From: an uncultured Chlorobiaceae bacterium
Lineage (GTDB): Bacteria; Bacteroidota; Chlorobiia; Chlorobiales; Chlorobiaceae
NCBI GenBank assembly: GCA_903836465.1
Contig: CAILRB010000044.1
Span: forward strand, 3,816 to 67,815
Length of the DNA stretch: 64,000 nucleotides
Direction: 5' to 3'
Positions 28,849 through 39,099 of this stretch are shown one piece after another. Both the position numbers and the translations under genes were made by a program. The notes beneath the pieces were generated by a model. That model saw only the letters and a program-made list of their open reading frames with translations, had not been told where the DNA came from and did not search any database. The stretch's first letter is position 1. Each line of letters opens with the position of its first letter.

Positions 28849-30285
28849 ATGAACAAACAATTCGACGTTCTTGTTATCGGTGCAGGTCCCGGCGGATATA
28901 TTGCCGCCATCCGTGCCGCACAACTTGGTTTTTCTGTGGCCTGCTGTGAATTCAACTCCTATGACAATCCTGCAGATGAACCCCGGCTTGGCGGCACCTG
29001 TCTCAATGCCGGATGTATTCCACTGAAAGCACTTGTTGCCTCTTCTGAAGCCTTCGAAAAAGCGGTGCATCACCTTCCTGATCATGGCATCACTACGACA
29101 GGCATAAGCATTGATGTTACCAGAATGCAGAAGCGCAAGGAGGCTATTGTCACAAAAATGACTGCCGGAGTGCAGTTCCTTTTCCGCAAAAACAAGATCA
29201 CCCTTCTCAAGGGAAGGGGCTCTTTTGCCGGAAAAACTGATACCGGCTATAGAATTATCATCAGCGGCAAAGAGGGTGATGAAGAGGTGCTGGCACAGAA
29301 GGTCATTATCGCTACCGGTTCCAAAGCTCGCCATATCCCGAATGTCAAGGTCGATAATGTCACCATCTGTGATAATGAAGGAGCACTGAAATTCACTGAG
29401 GCGCCAAAAAAACTGGGAGTTATCGGCGCTGGTGTCATTGGCCTTGAAGTAGGTTCGGTCTGGCGCAGACTGGGGGCTGAGATTACCGTTCTTGAAGTTA
29501 TGCCTTCATTTCTCGGTGCTGCCGATGAGAGTGTTTCAAGAGAAGCTTCCAAGCTCTTTTTAAAACAGGGGCTGAACATCAAGCTCGGTGTCAGAATCGG
29601 CCAGGCGAAACTCACGAAAGATGGCGTCAGCATTGCCTATACCGACGATCAGGGTTCAGAACATACCCTTGAATGCGACAAACTGATTGTCTCCGTTGGC
29701 CGTACTCCAAACACGGAAAAACTTAACCTTGAGGCAGTTGGCCTCCAGACCGATGAACGGGGCTTTATTCCTGTTAATGATCATTGCGCTACTGCCGCTC
29801 CAGGTGTTTATGCTATCGGAGATGTGGTACGCGGCCCCATGCTGGCACACAAAGCTGAAGACGAAGGTGTCATGGTGGCTGAACTGCTGGCGGGTCAGAA
29901 GCCGCATCTCGACTACAACAGCATGCCATGGGTTATCTACACTACTCCCGAAATCGCCTGGGTTGGAAAAACCGAACAACAGCTTCGCTCTGAAGGACGC
30001 GATTACAAAACAGGACAATTTCCCTTTGCCGCCAACGGACGGGCACTGGGTCTTGGGGATGCCGAAGGATTTATCAAAATGCTTGCCGATGCGAAAACCG
30101 ACGAAATTCTCGGCGTACACATTATTGGCGCAAGCGCCTCCGACCTGATCGCTGAAGCCGCGCTTGCCATGGAGTTCCATGCATCATCCGAGGATGTAGC
30201 ACGCACCTGCCATCCTCATCCAAGCCTTTCGGAGGTGATGCGCGAAGCCGCCCTCGCCATTGAAAAGCGGGCGCTGAATATGTAA
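28849..30285 (+). CDS. lpdA: Dihydrolipoamide dehydrogenase E3
   Basis: GAGPGGY, GGTCLNAGCIP redox disulfide, GAGVIGLE, HPHPSLSE. Confidence 0.97.
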   Translation: MNKQFDVLVIGAGPGGYIAAIRAAQLGFSVACCEFNSYDNPADEPRLGGTCLNAGCIPLKALVASSEAFEKAVHHLPDHGITTTGISIDVTRMQKRKEAIVTKMTAGVQFLFRKNKITLLKGRGSFAGKTDTGYRIIISGKEGDEEVLAQKVIIATGSKARHIPNVKVDNVTICDNEGALKFTEAPKKLGVIGAGVIGLEVGSVWRRLGAEITVLEVMPSFLGAADESVSREASKLFLKQGLNIKLGVRIGQAKLTKDGVSIAYTDDQGSEHTLECDKLIVSVGRTPNTEKLNLEAVGLQTDERGFIPVNDHCATAAPGVYAIGDVVRGPMLAHKAEDEGVMVAELLAGQKPHLDYNSMPWVIYTTPEIAWVGKTEQQLRSEGRDYKTGQFPFAANGRALGLGDAEGFIKMLADAKTDEILGVHIIGASASDLIAEAALAMEFHASSEDVARTCHPHPSLSEVMREAALAIEKRALNM

Positions 30286-30288
30286 TGC

Positions 30289-31335
30289 TCAGCAGATTCT
30301 CGGCAATTGTTCACCGAGCGGAAGATCAATAATCCGCTGGCTGCCATAAACTGTACGCATGACCACCATACCGGGATGATCGTCAACCACCGATCCGATG
30401 ATGACGGCATCCCGGCCAGGGTCAAACCTCCGCATCACTTCAAGAACCTTCTCTGCATCACCTGCCGCTACAGCCACAACAAGTTTGCCTTCGTTGGCCA
30501 CATGCAGGGGATCAATGCCAAGCAGTTCACAAGCCCCGCGAACGTCAGATTTTACAGGAATTGTGGATTCATGGATCTCAATCCCGATGGAAGAGGAGCT
30601 TGCCAGTTCGTTCAGCGTTGCGGCTACCCCTCCCCTGGTCGGGTCGCGCATGGCGTGAATGGCGAAGGGCACCTCATCAAGAATGGTGCTGATCATGCCG
30701 TTAAGCGCTGCACAGTCGCTTGTTATCCGCGACTGGAAGGAGAGCCCTTCGCGTGAGGTCATGATGGCCATTCCATGATCACCAACTGTCCCTGAGAGAA
30801 TAATGCTGTCACCCGCTTTCATGTTTCGGCACGAAAGGTTGACTCCCTCTCTGATGATGCCGATCCCCGCTGTGTTGATGAAAAGCTTGTCGCACTGCCC
30901 TTTACCGACAACCTTGGTGTCGCCGGTGACAATCATCACTCCTGCTTTTCGGGCAGCTTCGGCCATGCTGATTACAACGGCTTCAAGCTCCGCCAGCGAA
31001 AGCCCCTCTTCAAGCACGAAACCCGCGCTGAGGTAGAGCGGTGTTGCGCCACCAACCGCCAGATCGTTGACCGTACCGTTGACGGCAAGTTCTCCAATGT
31101 TGCTGCCGGGGAAAAAAATCGGGCTCACCACGTAGGTGTCGGTAGTAAAGGCAATTCGCCTTGAGGGAAGATCAAGCTTTGCCTGATCATCGAGCAGATC
31201 CAGAAAGGAGTTATGGAGGTGGGGCATAAACACCCGATGCATGAGCGCCTGCGATAACCGCCCCCCAGCGCCATGCGCCATCTGGACCGTTTCGTGCTGC
31301 ATAATAGGAGTTGGACAAATCGGCGCAATCGTCAT
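30289..31335 (-). CDS. hypE: Hydrogenase maturation carbamoyl dehydratase
   Basis: [36 protein letters not shown]-terminal PRIC. Confidence 0.97.
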   Translation of the reverse strand: MTIAPICPTPIMQHETVQMAHGAGGRLSQALMHRVFMPHLHNSFLDLLDDQAKLDLPSRRIAFTTDTYVVSPIFFPGSNIGELAVNGTVNDLAVGGATPLYLSAGFVLEEGLSLAELEAVVISMAEAARKAGVMIVTGDTKVVGKGQCDKLFINTAGIGIIREGVNLSCRNMKAGDSIILSGTVGDHGMAIMTSREGLSFQSRITSDCAALNGMISTILDEVPFAIHAMRDPTRGGVAATLNELASSSSIGIEIHESTIPVKSDVRGACELLGIDPLHVANEGKLVVAVAAGDAEKVLEVMRRFDPGRDAVIIGSVVDDHPGMVVMRTVYGSQRIIDLPLGEQLPRIC

Positions 31336-32438
31336 AAAGTATTAAGATGATATTGATAGTATGCGGCACATGCCCCTTCAGAGGAGACCATGGTGGCTCC
31401 GAGAGGATGCTGCGGTGTACACTCTTTGGCAAAAGCCGGGCAGCCATCAGGCTTGAGCTTCCCCTGCAGCACACTGCCGCTCATGCAGAGTGACGACTCT
31501 TCAGCGAAGATATTGGTGACCTTAAACTTTGTTTCGGCATCAAAACGGGCGAAAGCCTCTCTGAGGCCAAGACCGCTGCGGGGAATCAGGCCAATTCCCC
31601 TCCATGGACGGTCGATCACCTCAAACACTTTTTGGATAGTCTCCTGTGCAATTGGGTTACCTGCCCGGCTCACCACCCTTCCGTAGCAGTTCACCACCTC
31701 CGCTCTCCCCTCTTCAAGCAGCTCAACGGTTTTAAGAATCCCCGCAAGCAGCTCAACCGGTTCGAAGCCGGTCGGGACTATCGGCACCTGAAACTCACGG
31801 GATATCGGCTCATACTCCTCATAGCCCATCACCGCACAGACATGCCCGGCGGCAAGAAAGCCCTGCACCCGATTATCCGGAGATGAGAGAATCGCCCGCA
31901 TGGCTGGCGGCACCATCACCTGGCTCACCAGAACACTGAAATTGTTGATGCCCTCTCGTACGGCCTGCCAGACCGCCATAGCATTAGCAGGAGCCGTCGT
32001 TTCAAAACCAACCGCAAAAAAGACCACCTCTTTTGAAGGGTTATCACGGGCAATCTGCAGTGCATCGAGAGGGGAGAAAACAATACGCACATCACCTCCT
32101 GCACTGCGTACCATGAAGAGATCCCTTGCATTGCCCGGCACCCGAAGCATATCGCCAAAACTGGTAAAAATCACCTCTTCCCGTGCGGCAATGGCGAGAG
32201 CCCGCTCAATGGATTCAAGGGGAGTCACGCAAACCGGGCAGCCGGGACCATGCACCAGTTCAAGAGTATCAGGCAGCAGTTGGTCAATACCGTTTCGGAT
32301 AATGGAGTGAGTCTGGCCGCCGCAGATCTCCATAATAGTCCAATGATGGAGAGCTTTTTTGCGAATCTCCTCGAGGAGCTTACGGGCAAGCTCTGGATCC
32401 CGGTATTCATCAATGTATTTCATTGGCCTCAGCATCAC
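31332..32438 (-). CDS. hypD: Hydrogenase maturation protein
   Basis: [42 protein letters not shown]. Confidence 0.97.
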   Translation of the reverse strand: MMLRPMKYIDEYRDPELARKLLEEIRKKALHHWTIMEICGGQTHSIIRNGIDQLLPDTLELVHGPGCPVCVTPLESIERALAIAAREEVIFTSFGDMLRVPGNARDLFMVRSAGGDVRIVFSPLDALQIARDNPSKEVVFFAVGFETTAPANAMAVWQAVREGINNFSVLVSQVMVPPAMRAILSSPDNRVQGFLAAGHVCAVMGYEEYEPISREFQVPIVPTGFEPVELLAGILKTVELLEEGRAEVVNCYGRVVSRAGNPIAQETIQKVFEVIDRPWRGIGLIPRSGLGLREAFARFDAETKFKVTNIFAEESSLCMSGSVLQGKLKPDGCPAFAKECTPQHPLGATMVSSEGACAAYYQYHLNTL

Positions 32439-32707
32439 AACGATTCCGGTGAGGGAAACTCTTCATCGGGGTGAAAAGCTCCGCTCTCAATCAGCTCCTG
32501 CCAAAGCTTCAAACTCTCAGCCGCCTCCTCTTCATCAATTATTTTAAGGGCAAACCCGGCATGAACAATGGTGTACTGGCCAACCTTGATGTCGGGAACA
32601 TATTCAAGGCATGCTCTTGTTTTTGAACCGTTCACGTCAATAATGCCCATTTTGAGGCCGTTTTCGGTGGTGAGTTCGATCAGTTTTCCGGGGATGGCGA
32701 GGCACAT
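32435..32707 (-). CDS. hypC: Hydrogenase chaperone
   Basis: N-terminal MCLAIPG and VHAGFA. Confidence 0.96.
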   Translation of the reverse strand: MCLAIPGKLIELTTENGLKMGIIDVNGSKTRACLEYVPDIKVGQYTIVHAGFALKIIDEEEAAESLKLWQELIESGAFHPDEEFPSPESL

Positions 32708-32798
32708 GAGTATCAGGAGCTAAGGTTATGAAACACTTGTTCAAAGTAAGAAAAAAACAGTGCCCTGCCGAAAGGTGGCCGTTGGTGATTTTGTATAT

Positions 32799-35153
32799 TT
32801 ACCCGAGAGAACGACCATTCAGAAAATTACGACCGATAAGAGCCTGACCGAGCGAAAGCCCGCCATCATTCGACGGGACATGCGCATGAGCAAGCACCCT
32901 GTACCCTGCCTGCTGAAGTTCACGCAACAAGGTAATAACGAGAAGTTCATTCTGGAACACTCCCCCACTCAGCACAATGGTTGTTATGCCGGTAGCTTTG
33001 GATGCTTTTTCGATAATCTCCAAGAAGCAGGTTACAAGAGTGCGATGGAATCTTTGGCTGATGTCGCTGGTGGACATCCCTGCCTTCAAGGCCGTGGCAA
33101 TCTCTTGAATCATTGGTGAGACCATCATTATCCAACGACCTTTTTCCGTATAGTGAGTCTTCTCATTATCAATAGTTTTCCCTGGCGGTATTACGTAGTT
33201 CAAAGTATAGCGAAACTCTTTATGACCAATAGCTCCCCCTGCTTCGTGCATCAGCGCTATGGCCGCTTCTCCTTCATACGTGATATCCCCCCGAAGGTTG
33301 CAAAGCGCAGCGACGGCATCAAACAGGCGCCCACAGCTTGAAGTTTCAACAATGTTTACCTTTTTTTCGAGCAGCTCAAGAACCGGTGCTATCACCCTTT
33401 TTTTCATAAAAGGCAGATCGGAGATTTCGGAGCAACTTCGGTGAAGATAACCAAGCGCCAGACGCCATGGCTGCATAACCGCTGTATCTCCTCCCGGTAG
33501 TGGCATCGACTCCAGTGAAGCAAACCGTTCAACTCCGGAAGCGTCACCAATCAGCACCTCACCGCCCCATATCGTGCCATCGGTTCCGTAGCCTGTACCA
33601 TCAAGAATAAGCCCTATAGCGGGCCCCTCTTCCCTGTTTTCGGCAAGGCAGGCAACAAGATGGGCATGATGGTGCTGCACGCCCAATGCCGGGATATGCT
33701 GTTGTTCCGCCCATCGGGTTGTCATGTAGTCAGGGTGCAGGTCATGCACAACAAGCTCAGGTGTTACCTGAAACAGGTGCTGCAAGTGGGCGACAACCTG
33801 CTCAAAATGGCGGTATGCCTCAAAGTTTTTCATGTCGCCGATATGCTGGCTCATCAGCGCATGTGAACCTTTCAGCAGGGTAATGGTGTTTTTAAGCTCA
33901 CCTCCGGTTCCAAGCACCGTGGCCCCGCCTTTCCGGAGAGAGATCGGTGCGGGAACGTACCCCCTGCTTCGCCTGATCTGCCGAAGCTCTCCTGCAAGAT
34001 GGATAGTTACCGAATCGTCGCATTTGAGGTAAATCGGGCGATTGTGAAGGAGAACGGCATCTGCAATACCCGTGAGGCGCAAAAGCGCTTCATCATTTTC
34101 GTTGACAATAGGCTCTTCGCTGAAATTGGCACTCGTCATCACCAGGGCATCGAGAGACTCCTCAAAAAGCAAGACATGCAGTGGCGTATAGGGAAGCATT
34201 ACCCCAAGGCGTTCGTTGCCCGGAGCTATGGATTGAGCCAGCATGCAGCTCTTCCTCTTTTTCAGAAGCACAATGGGAGCCTCCGGAGAGTGAAGTGCCT
34301 CACGTTCACCTTCGCTGACCTCGCAGAGGCTCTGAACCACCCTCATGTCGCGCATCATCACCGCAAAGGGTTTTGCCTCACGCCCCTTACGCTCTCTCAA
34401 CCGCTGCACTGCCGCTTCGTTTCGGGCATCGACCACCAGATGAAAACCGCCAAGCCCCTTGAGAGCCAGAATAAGCCCCTGTTTCAGCAACACCAAAGCT
34501 TCTGATGCAACATCACCCTTCAACTGCTGGCCATGCTCCCGCCAAACATCAGCCTGCACGCCACAGGCATCCAGCAGGGTGAGAGAAGGGCCGCAGACCG
34601 GGCAGGCATTGGGCTGCGCATGAAAACGACGGTCGAGAGGATCGTGGTACTCCTGTTCACACTCCGGGCACATCACGAAAGAGTGCATTGAAGTAGAGGG
34701 ACGGTCATAGGGCAACCGCCCGACTATGGTATAACGGGGGCCGCAATTGGTACAGTTGATGAAAGGATAGCGAAACCGGCGGTTTGCCGGATCCAGAAGT
34801 TCACTGCGGCAATCGCTGCAAAGGGCAATATCGGGTGGAATAAGTGTCTCAACCTCTGCGCCGGCACTCGAATCCGCAATGACAAAGCGCTCCTCGGCTA
34901 TACAATCAAGAGTGCTCTCTTTAATAGCCTCAATGCGGGCAAGGGGCGGAAGGTCGCTCTGAAGTGTACAAACAAAACTGTCGAGAAGCATGGAAGAGCC
35001 CTGCACCTCAATCAAAACGCCTGAAGAGGTATTGCGGATAAAGCCTTTCAGCCCGAAACCGAGGGCAATCCGGTACACAAAGGGTCGGAACCCGACCCCC
35101 TGTACAATCCCGTTAACCAGCAGACGCCGCCGTGCTTCACCCTGAATGTTCAA
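32799..35153 (-). CDS. hypF: Carbamoyltransferase
   Basis: GIVQGVGFRPFVY, Zn fingers CSDC...CTNCGPRY and CPEC...CPVCGP, QHHHAH, LDGTGYG, PSNDGGLSLGQ. Confidence 0.97.
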   Translation of the reverse strand: MNIQGEARRRLLVNGIVQGVGFRPFVYRIALGFGLKGFIRNTSSGVLIEVQGSSMLLDSFVCTLQSDLPPLARIEAIKESTLDCIAEERFVIADSSAGAEVETLIPPDIALCSDCRSELLDPANRRFRYPFINCTNCGPRYTIVGRLPYDRPSTSMHSFVMCPECEQEYHDPLDRRFHAQPNACPVCGPSLTLLDACGVQADVWREHGQQLKGDVASEALVLLKQGLILALKGLGGFHLVVDARNEAAVQRLRERKGREAKPFAVMMRDMRVVQSLCEVSEGEREALHSPEAPIVLLKKRKSCMLAQSIAPGNERLGVMLPYTPLHVLLFEESLDALVMTSANFSEEPIVNENDEALLRLTGIADAVLLHNRPIYLKCDDSVTIHLAGELRQIRRSRGYVPAPISLRKGGATVLGTGGELKNTITLLKGSHALMSQHIGDMKNFEAYRHFEQVVAHLQHLFQVTPELVVHDLHPDYMTTRWAEQQHIPALGVQHHHAHLVACLAENREEGPAIGLILDGTGYGTDGTIWGGEVLIGDASGVERFASLESMPLPGGDTAVMQPWRLALGYLHRSCSEISDLPFMKKRVIAPVLELLEKKVNIVETSSCGRLFDAVAALCNLRGDITYEGEAAIALMHEAGGAIGHKEFRYTLNYVIPPGKTIDNEKTHYTEKGRWIMMVSPMIQEIATALKAGMSTSDISQRFHRTLVTCFLEIIEKASKATGITTIVLSGGVFQNELLVITLLRELQQAGYRVLAHAHVPSNDGGLSLGQALIGRNFLNGRSLG

Positions 35154-35977
35154 TGGTGTAGCAATCTCTTTTCAAGCCACTCCTGGAATACCGCAAGCCC
35201 CTCTCCCGTTTTCACCGACACTTCAAACCATTCGATATGGTGATTGACCCGCATGGCATTTTCCCGACACTTCGCCACATCAAATTCCACGTAAGGCTGC
35301 AGATCAATCTTGTTGAGCAGGCAAAGATCGGCCTCATGAAACATGGTCGGGTACTTCAGTGGCTTGTCGTCGCCCTCAGTCACACTGATAATCACCACTT
35401 TCAGCGCTTCACCAAGGTCAAAGAGCGCCGGGCAGACAAGGTTTCCGACATTCTCGATACAGAGCAGCGAGTTGTTCTGCAAGTCGAGCTCCTTGACCGC
35501 GCGGTTGACCATCAGTGCGTCAAGATGACATCCTGAACCCGTATTGATCTGAATCACCGGCACACCAAGCGCATGAATACGGTCAGCATCATTGGTGGTC
35601 TGCTGGTCACCCTCGATAACGGCAACCGGAAAACGTTGTTGCAGCAATGGAATGATTTTTTCGAGCAACGAAGTTTTTCCTGACCCAGGTGAGCTGAGAA
35701 AATTCAGGGCTAAAATATTCCTTGCCTCAAAGTATCCCCGGTTTCTTTCTGCAAGAAGATTGTTTTTCTGAAGAACATCCTGTTCGAGCATAATCTTCCG
35801 GCTTGTCCCTTCATGGTGATGATGGTTGTGTCCATGATCGTGATCGTGGTGCTCCTCACCAGCATGATGATGGGTATGCTCTTCTGTTTCAGGGGTGACA
35901 TGAACATGATAATCGCTCTCACCGGGTTTGCGAAGCACTGCCCCGCCATCAGCCGAACATCCGCAGGTATCGCACAT
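35150..35977 (-). CDS. hypB: Hydrogenase nickel incorporation GTPase
   Basis: MCDTCGC, His-rich tract, SSPGSGKTSL, GCHLDA, ENVGNLVCP, NKID. Confidence 0.97.
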   Translation of the reverse strand: MCDTCGCSADGGAVLRKPGESDYHVHVTPETEEHTHHHAGEEHHDHDHGHNHHHHEGTSRKIMLEQDVLQKNNLLAERNRGYFEARNILALNFLSSPGSGKTSLLEKIIPLLQQRFPVAVIEGDQQTTNDADRIHALGVPVIQINTGSGCHLDALMVNRAVKELDLQNNSLLCIENVGNLVCPALFDLGEALKVVIISVTEGDDKPLKYPTMFHEADLCLLNKIDLQPYVEFDVAKCRENAMRVNHHIEWFEVSVKTGEGLAVFQEWLEKRLLHH

Positions 35978-35981
35978 TTTC

Positions 35982-36335
35982 TTACTCTCCCTCTTCTTCT
36001 ATGGTTATTGATTGAATGAGAAACTCCTCACCGGAGACTATTTTTATCCGAAGCGAGCGACATTCGGGACACTCGGCATAATAAAAGGTGACCGGAAACC
36101 TCATGCCGCACTCACCGCACTCACCGATCCCTTCCGGCTCATCAATAGCAAGCACCGCATCTTCCGCAAGAGTCCCTTTTGACGCCGATGAAAAACAGAA
36201 CTTCAGGGATTCCGGCTCAATTCCGGCAAGTTTTCCGATCAAAAGATCAACCCCTGAAATCCTCCCGGCCCCTTCTTCTCGTGCTTTTGCCTCTACAGCG
36301 TCAACGATTGAAAGCGCAATACTCATTTCGTGCAT
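35982..36335 (-). CDS. hypA: Hydrogenase nickel chaperone
   Basis: MHEMSIA, CGECG and CPEC. Confidence 0.97.
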   Translation of the reverse strand: MHEMSIALSIVDAVEAKAREEGAGRISGVDLLIGKLAGIEPESLKFCFSSASKGTLAEDAVLAIDEPEGIGECGECGMRFPVTFYYAECPECRSLRIKIVSGEEFLIQSITIEEEGE

Positions 36336-36477
36336 AACAACATTTTAGAGCTGCCAATATCCCGTCTGCTGCGCTTCTACTCTCTCATCGCATCTTCTAT
36401 AAGGTAGTTCTTGATCTTCAATTTTTATTGTACATTTGAAAAAAATCTTCCTGAAACGCCGCAAATAACAGCAAGAC

Positions 36478-37419
36478 TTGAAGCACCTTACAGGATTATG
36501 TAATGTACCGGTCAGTGAAATCACGAAACTCCTCAACATGGCCGAGGGGTTCAAGAAAGAGCTGATCACAGGAAATCCCTCTTTTGAACAATCTCTTCGC
36601 AATAAACGCATTGCACTTATTTTTTTTGAAAATTCAACGCGTACCCGGTTTTCTTTTGAAATAGCTGCCCGTCACCTGGGCGCCGGGACACTGAACTTCA
36701 GCGCCTCTTCAAGCAGTGTCAGCAAGGGAGAGAGCCTCGGAGACACCATCAAAAACCTGGAAGCGATGCAGGTGGATGCCTTTGTGCTTCGCCACCCCTC
36801 ATCGGGAGCGGCAGATCTTATAACAGGCATCACCTCCAAAAACGTCATCAATGCCGGGGATGGTTCGCATGAACACCCGACACAGGCGCTCCTCGACATG
36901 TTTACACTACGTGAATATTTTGGCAGAATCGAAGGACTCAGGATCATCATCATAGGCGATGTGCTGCACAGCCGGGTCGCCCGTTCCAATATCTATGGAC
37001 TTCTTACCGCAGGCGCAGAAGTTGGTCTCTGCTGCCCGGTCACCCTCATGCCGCCCGATGCTGACAGATTGGGAGTAACCCTTTTCACGAACCTTGATCT
37101 GGCCATCGCCTGGGCTGATTCGGCTATTGTCCTTCGCCTGCAACTTGAGCGAGCTACCGGTGGCTACCTGCCCTCCCTTGAAGAGTATTCAGTCCATTAC
37201 GGCCTTACCGATGAACGGCTGGAACGGATACAGAAACATCTTCTGGTGCTCCATCCCGGACCAATAAACCGGGAAATTGAAATCGCAAATAATGTCGCAG
37301 ACCGCATTCAGCCCCCCGGCTATTCGAAAAGCATGCTGCTTGAACAGGTAACCAATGGCGTTGCTGTCCGTATGGCAGTGCTGAAAACCTTGCTTGGCCA
37401 GGAAAACAGTTTCGCATAA
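36478..37419 (+). CDS. pyrB: Aspartate carbamoyltransferase catalytic subunit
   Basis: FFENSTRTRFSFE, KGESL.DT, NAGDG.HEHPTQALLD, HPGP; TTG start. Confidence 0.96.
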   Translation: MKHLTGLCNVPVSEITKLLNMAEGFKKELITGNPSFEQSLRNKRIALIFFENSTRTRFSFEIAARHLGAGTLNFSASSSSVSKGESLGDTIKNLEAMQVDAFVLRHPSSGAADLITGITSKNVINAGDGSHEHPTQALLDMFTLREYFGRIEGLRIIIIGDVLHSRVARSNIYGLLTAGAEVGLCCPVTLMPPDADRLGVTLFTNLDLAIAWADSAIVLRLQLERATGGYLPSLEEYSVHYGLTDERLERIQKHLLVLHPGPINREIEIANNVADRIQPPGYSKSMLLEQVTNGVAVRMAVLKTLLGQENSFA

Positions 37420-37434
37420 CCATAACCCTTTTCC

Positions 37435-38316
37435 ATGATGAAACGCTTGTATCGTCTCTGCAGAATAATGATTATACTGACAGCGACACTCTTTACCTCC
37501 CATAGATACTCCTCAGCAGAAACGCCGCAGAATCAGACGGTAAAAACAATCTTTACTCCATTGCTGGCCGATCCTCTGGAACCAAGAATTGCCGTCATGC
37601 CATTGCTGGGGAAAAAATCCCTGCAGCTTGACATCGGATCATCGGCCGATCTCTACCAGAGCAAGAGCAGGAAATTTGCTGTGGGCGTAGATTTTGCAAC
37701 GTACTCTCTCCTGCGCAGAACAGAAAATTTCAAATTTCCTGTTGATGCTGTTGATTATCTGTTCGGTATCAACGCAAGCTGGAAAAAAACAATCAATAAC
37801 GAGGCACTGCCTTTTGACGAATTAAGCGCAAGAGCAAGGGTCAGTCACATTTCTGCTCATTTCGAAGATGGGCACTATGATGCCGATACAGACCAGTGGC
37901 TCCGCCAACCGGAATGGCTCGGGACGATTCCCTTTACCTACAGCCGGGAATTTGTGAACCTTGTTCTTGCGCTCAGCTCACCGGGTCGTCGGATCTATAC
38001 CAGTTACCAGTACCTCTACCATTCGCTTCCCGATGGAATAAATCCTCACTCCTTTCAGGCTGGAGCTGAACTCTCTGCTCCCGGCAACACTTACCTGGCG
38101 GCTGACTTCAAACTTCTGCCAATATGGCAACCTTTGCTGAACGAAACAAAAGGACACAGGGGCACATGGAACCTGCAGGCAGGCATCAATCTTCGCGGGG
38201 CCGGTCTGGAAAAAATCAGAGTCGCATGCAACTACTATTCCGGTATCAGTCGACAGGGAATGTATTTTTACCATCCGGAAAGCTATACCACAGCAGGTAT
38301 CATTATTGATTTTTGA
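37435..38316 (+). CDS. Exported DUF1207-like outer-membrane protein
   Basis: Signal peptide, FTPLLADPLEPR, HISAH..DG, terminal Phe. The family assignment is recalled, not searched. Confidence 0.65.
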   Translation: MMKRLYRLCRIMIILTATLFTSHRYSSAETPQNQTVKTIFTPLLADPLEPRIAVMPLLGKKSLQLDIGSSADLYQSKSRKFAVGVDFATYSLLRRTENFKFPVDAVDYLFGINASWKKTINNEALPFDELSARARVSHISAHFEDGHYDADTDQWLRQPEWLGTIPFTYSREFVNLVLALSSPGRRIYTSYQYLYHSLPDGINPHSFQAGAELSAPGNTYLAADFKLLPIWQPLLNETKGHRGTWNLQAGINLRGAGLEKIRVACNYYSGISRQGMYFYHPESYTTAGIIIDF

Positions 38317-38340
38317 ATCCATGGAGGTTGCACCTGGACG

Positions 38341-38847
38341 CTAACGGGATGAGTCGAAAAACTCGGGAATGGCATCCAGAAACTCTTCCGGTGACCGCGC
38401 AAGAATGTAGTCAGCAAGAAAAGGAGGATAGAGGTTATAACGGTCCAGTTCAGTAATTGGAATCCAGCTCACCCTGATAATCATCTGCTGATCATCGGGA
38501 TATTCCGGATCTTTTCCGGTGATCATCTTTCCTCCGGTAACAGTGCAATAAAATCCAAGTGATACCGAATGATGCAGGGAACCCTGTTCAACGACACCGG
38601 GATAAGGGTAGAGCAGCTCCTTGATAAAAAGCAGAGTACCAACCCTGCATACAAGACCAGTTTCTTCCATCATTTCACGCTTTACTGCTTCATCAAGAGT
38701 TTCACCCCGTTCGACAGCCCCTCCAGGAAGGATCCAGTAACTTTCGGGAAGCTGCGGATCGTGAGGCGCAAAACTTTTGTGTTCAATAAGCAGTACCTCA
38801 CCATCCCGGATACATAACGCGCTGACCCTGAGCCTTACCTGTGACAT
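38341..38847 (-). CDS. NUDIX hydrolase
   Basis: Nudix box GGAVERGETLDEAVKREMMEETGL. Confidence 0.93.
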   Translation of the reverse strand: MSQVRLRVSALCIRDGEVLLIEHKSFAPHDPQLPESYWILPGGAVERGETLDEAVKREMMEETGLVCRVGTLLFIKELLYPYPGVVEQGSLHHSVSLGFYCTVTGGKMITGKDPEYPDDQQMIIRVSWIPITELDRYNLYPPFLADYILARSPEEFLDAIPEFFDSSR

Positions 38848-39099
38848 AATGAAGTTTCTGTATGATTAAGCCAAAGAGTTTAGTAAATGAATTCGATTTA
38901 ATAAAATGCGCACTGAACCCTGCATGAAAACATCATACATTTTTTTAATTCATGTTAATTTTATTATATTAAAACACTATATAAGCATACCGCACCATAG
39001 AGTAGCACATTATTACATCTTGGTAGTTTTTATTATGGATATTTAAAGCTTTTTTCTTTTATTTATTAACGCACACACACATAACAACTAACGGAGAAA

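Noticed and set aside
30289-36335. hyp cluster without hydrogenase structural genes as a novelty
   Set aside because: All six genes are canonical, and separation of hyp from the structural genes is common.
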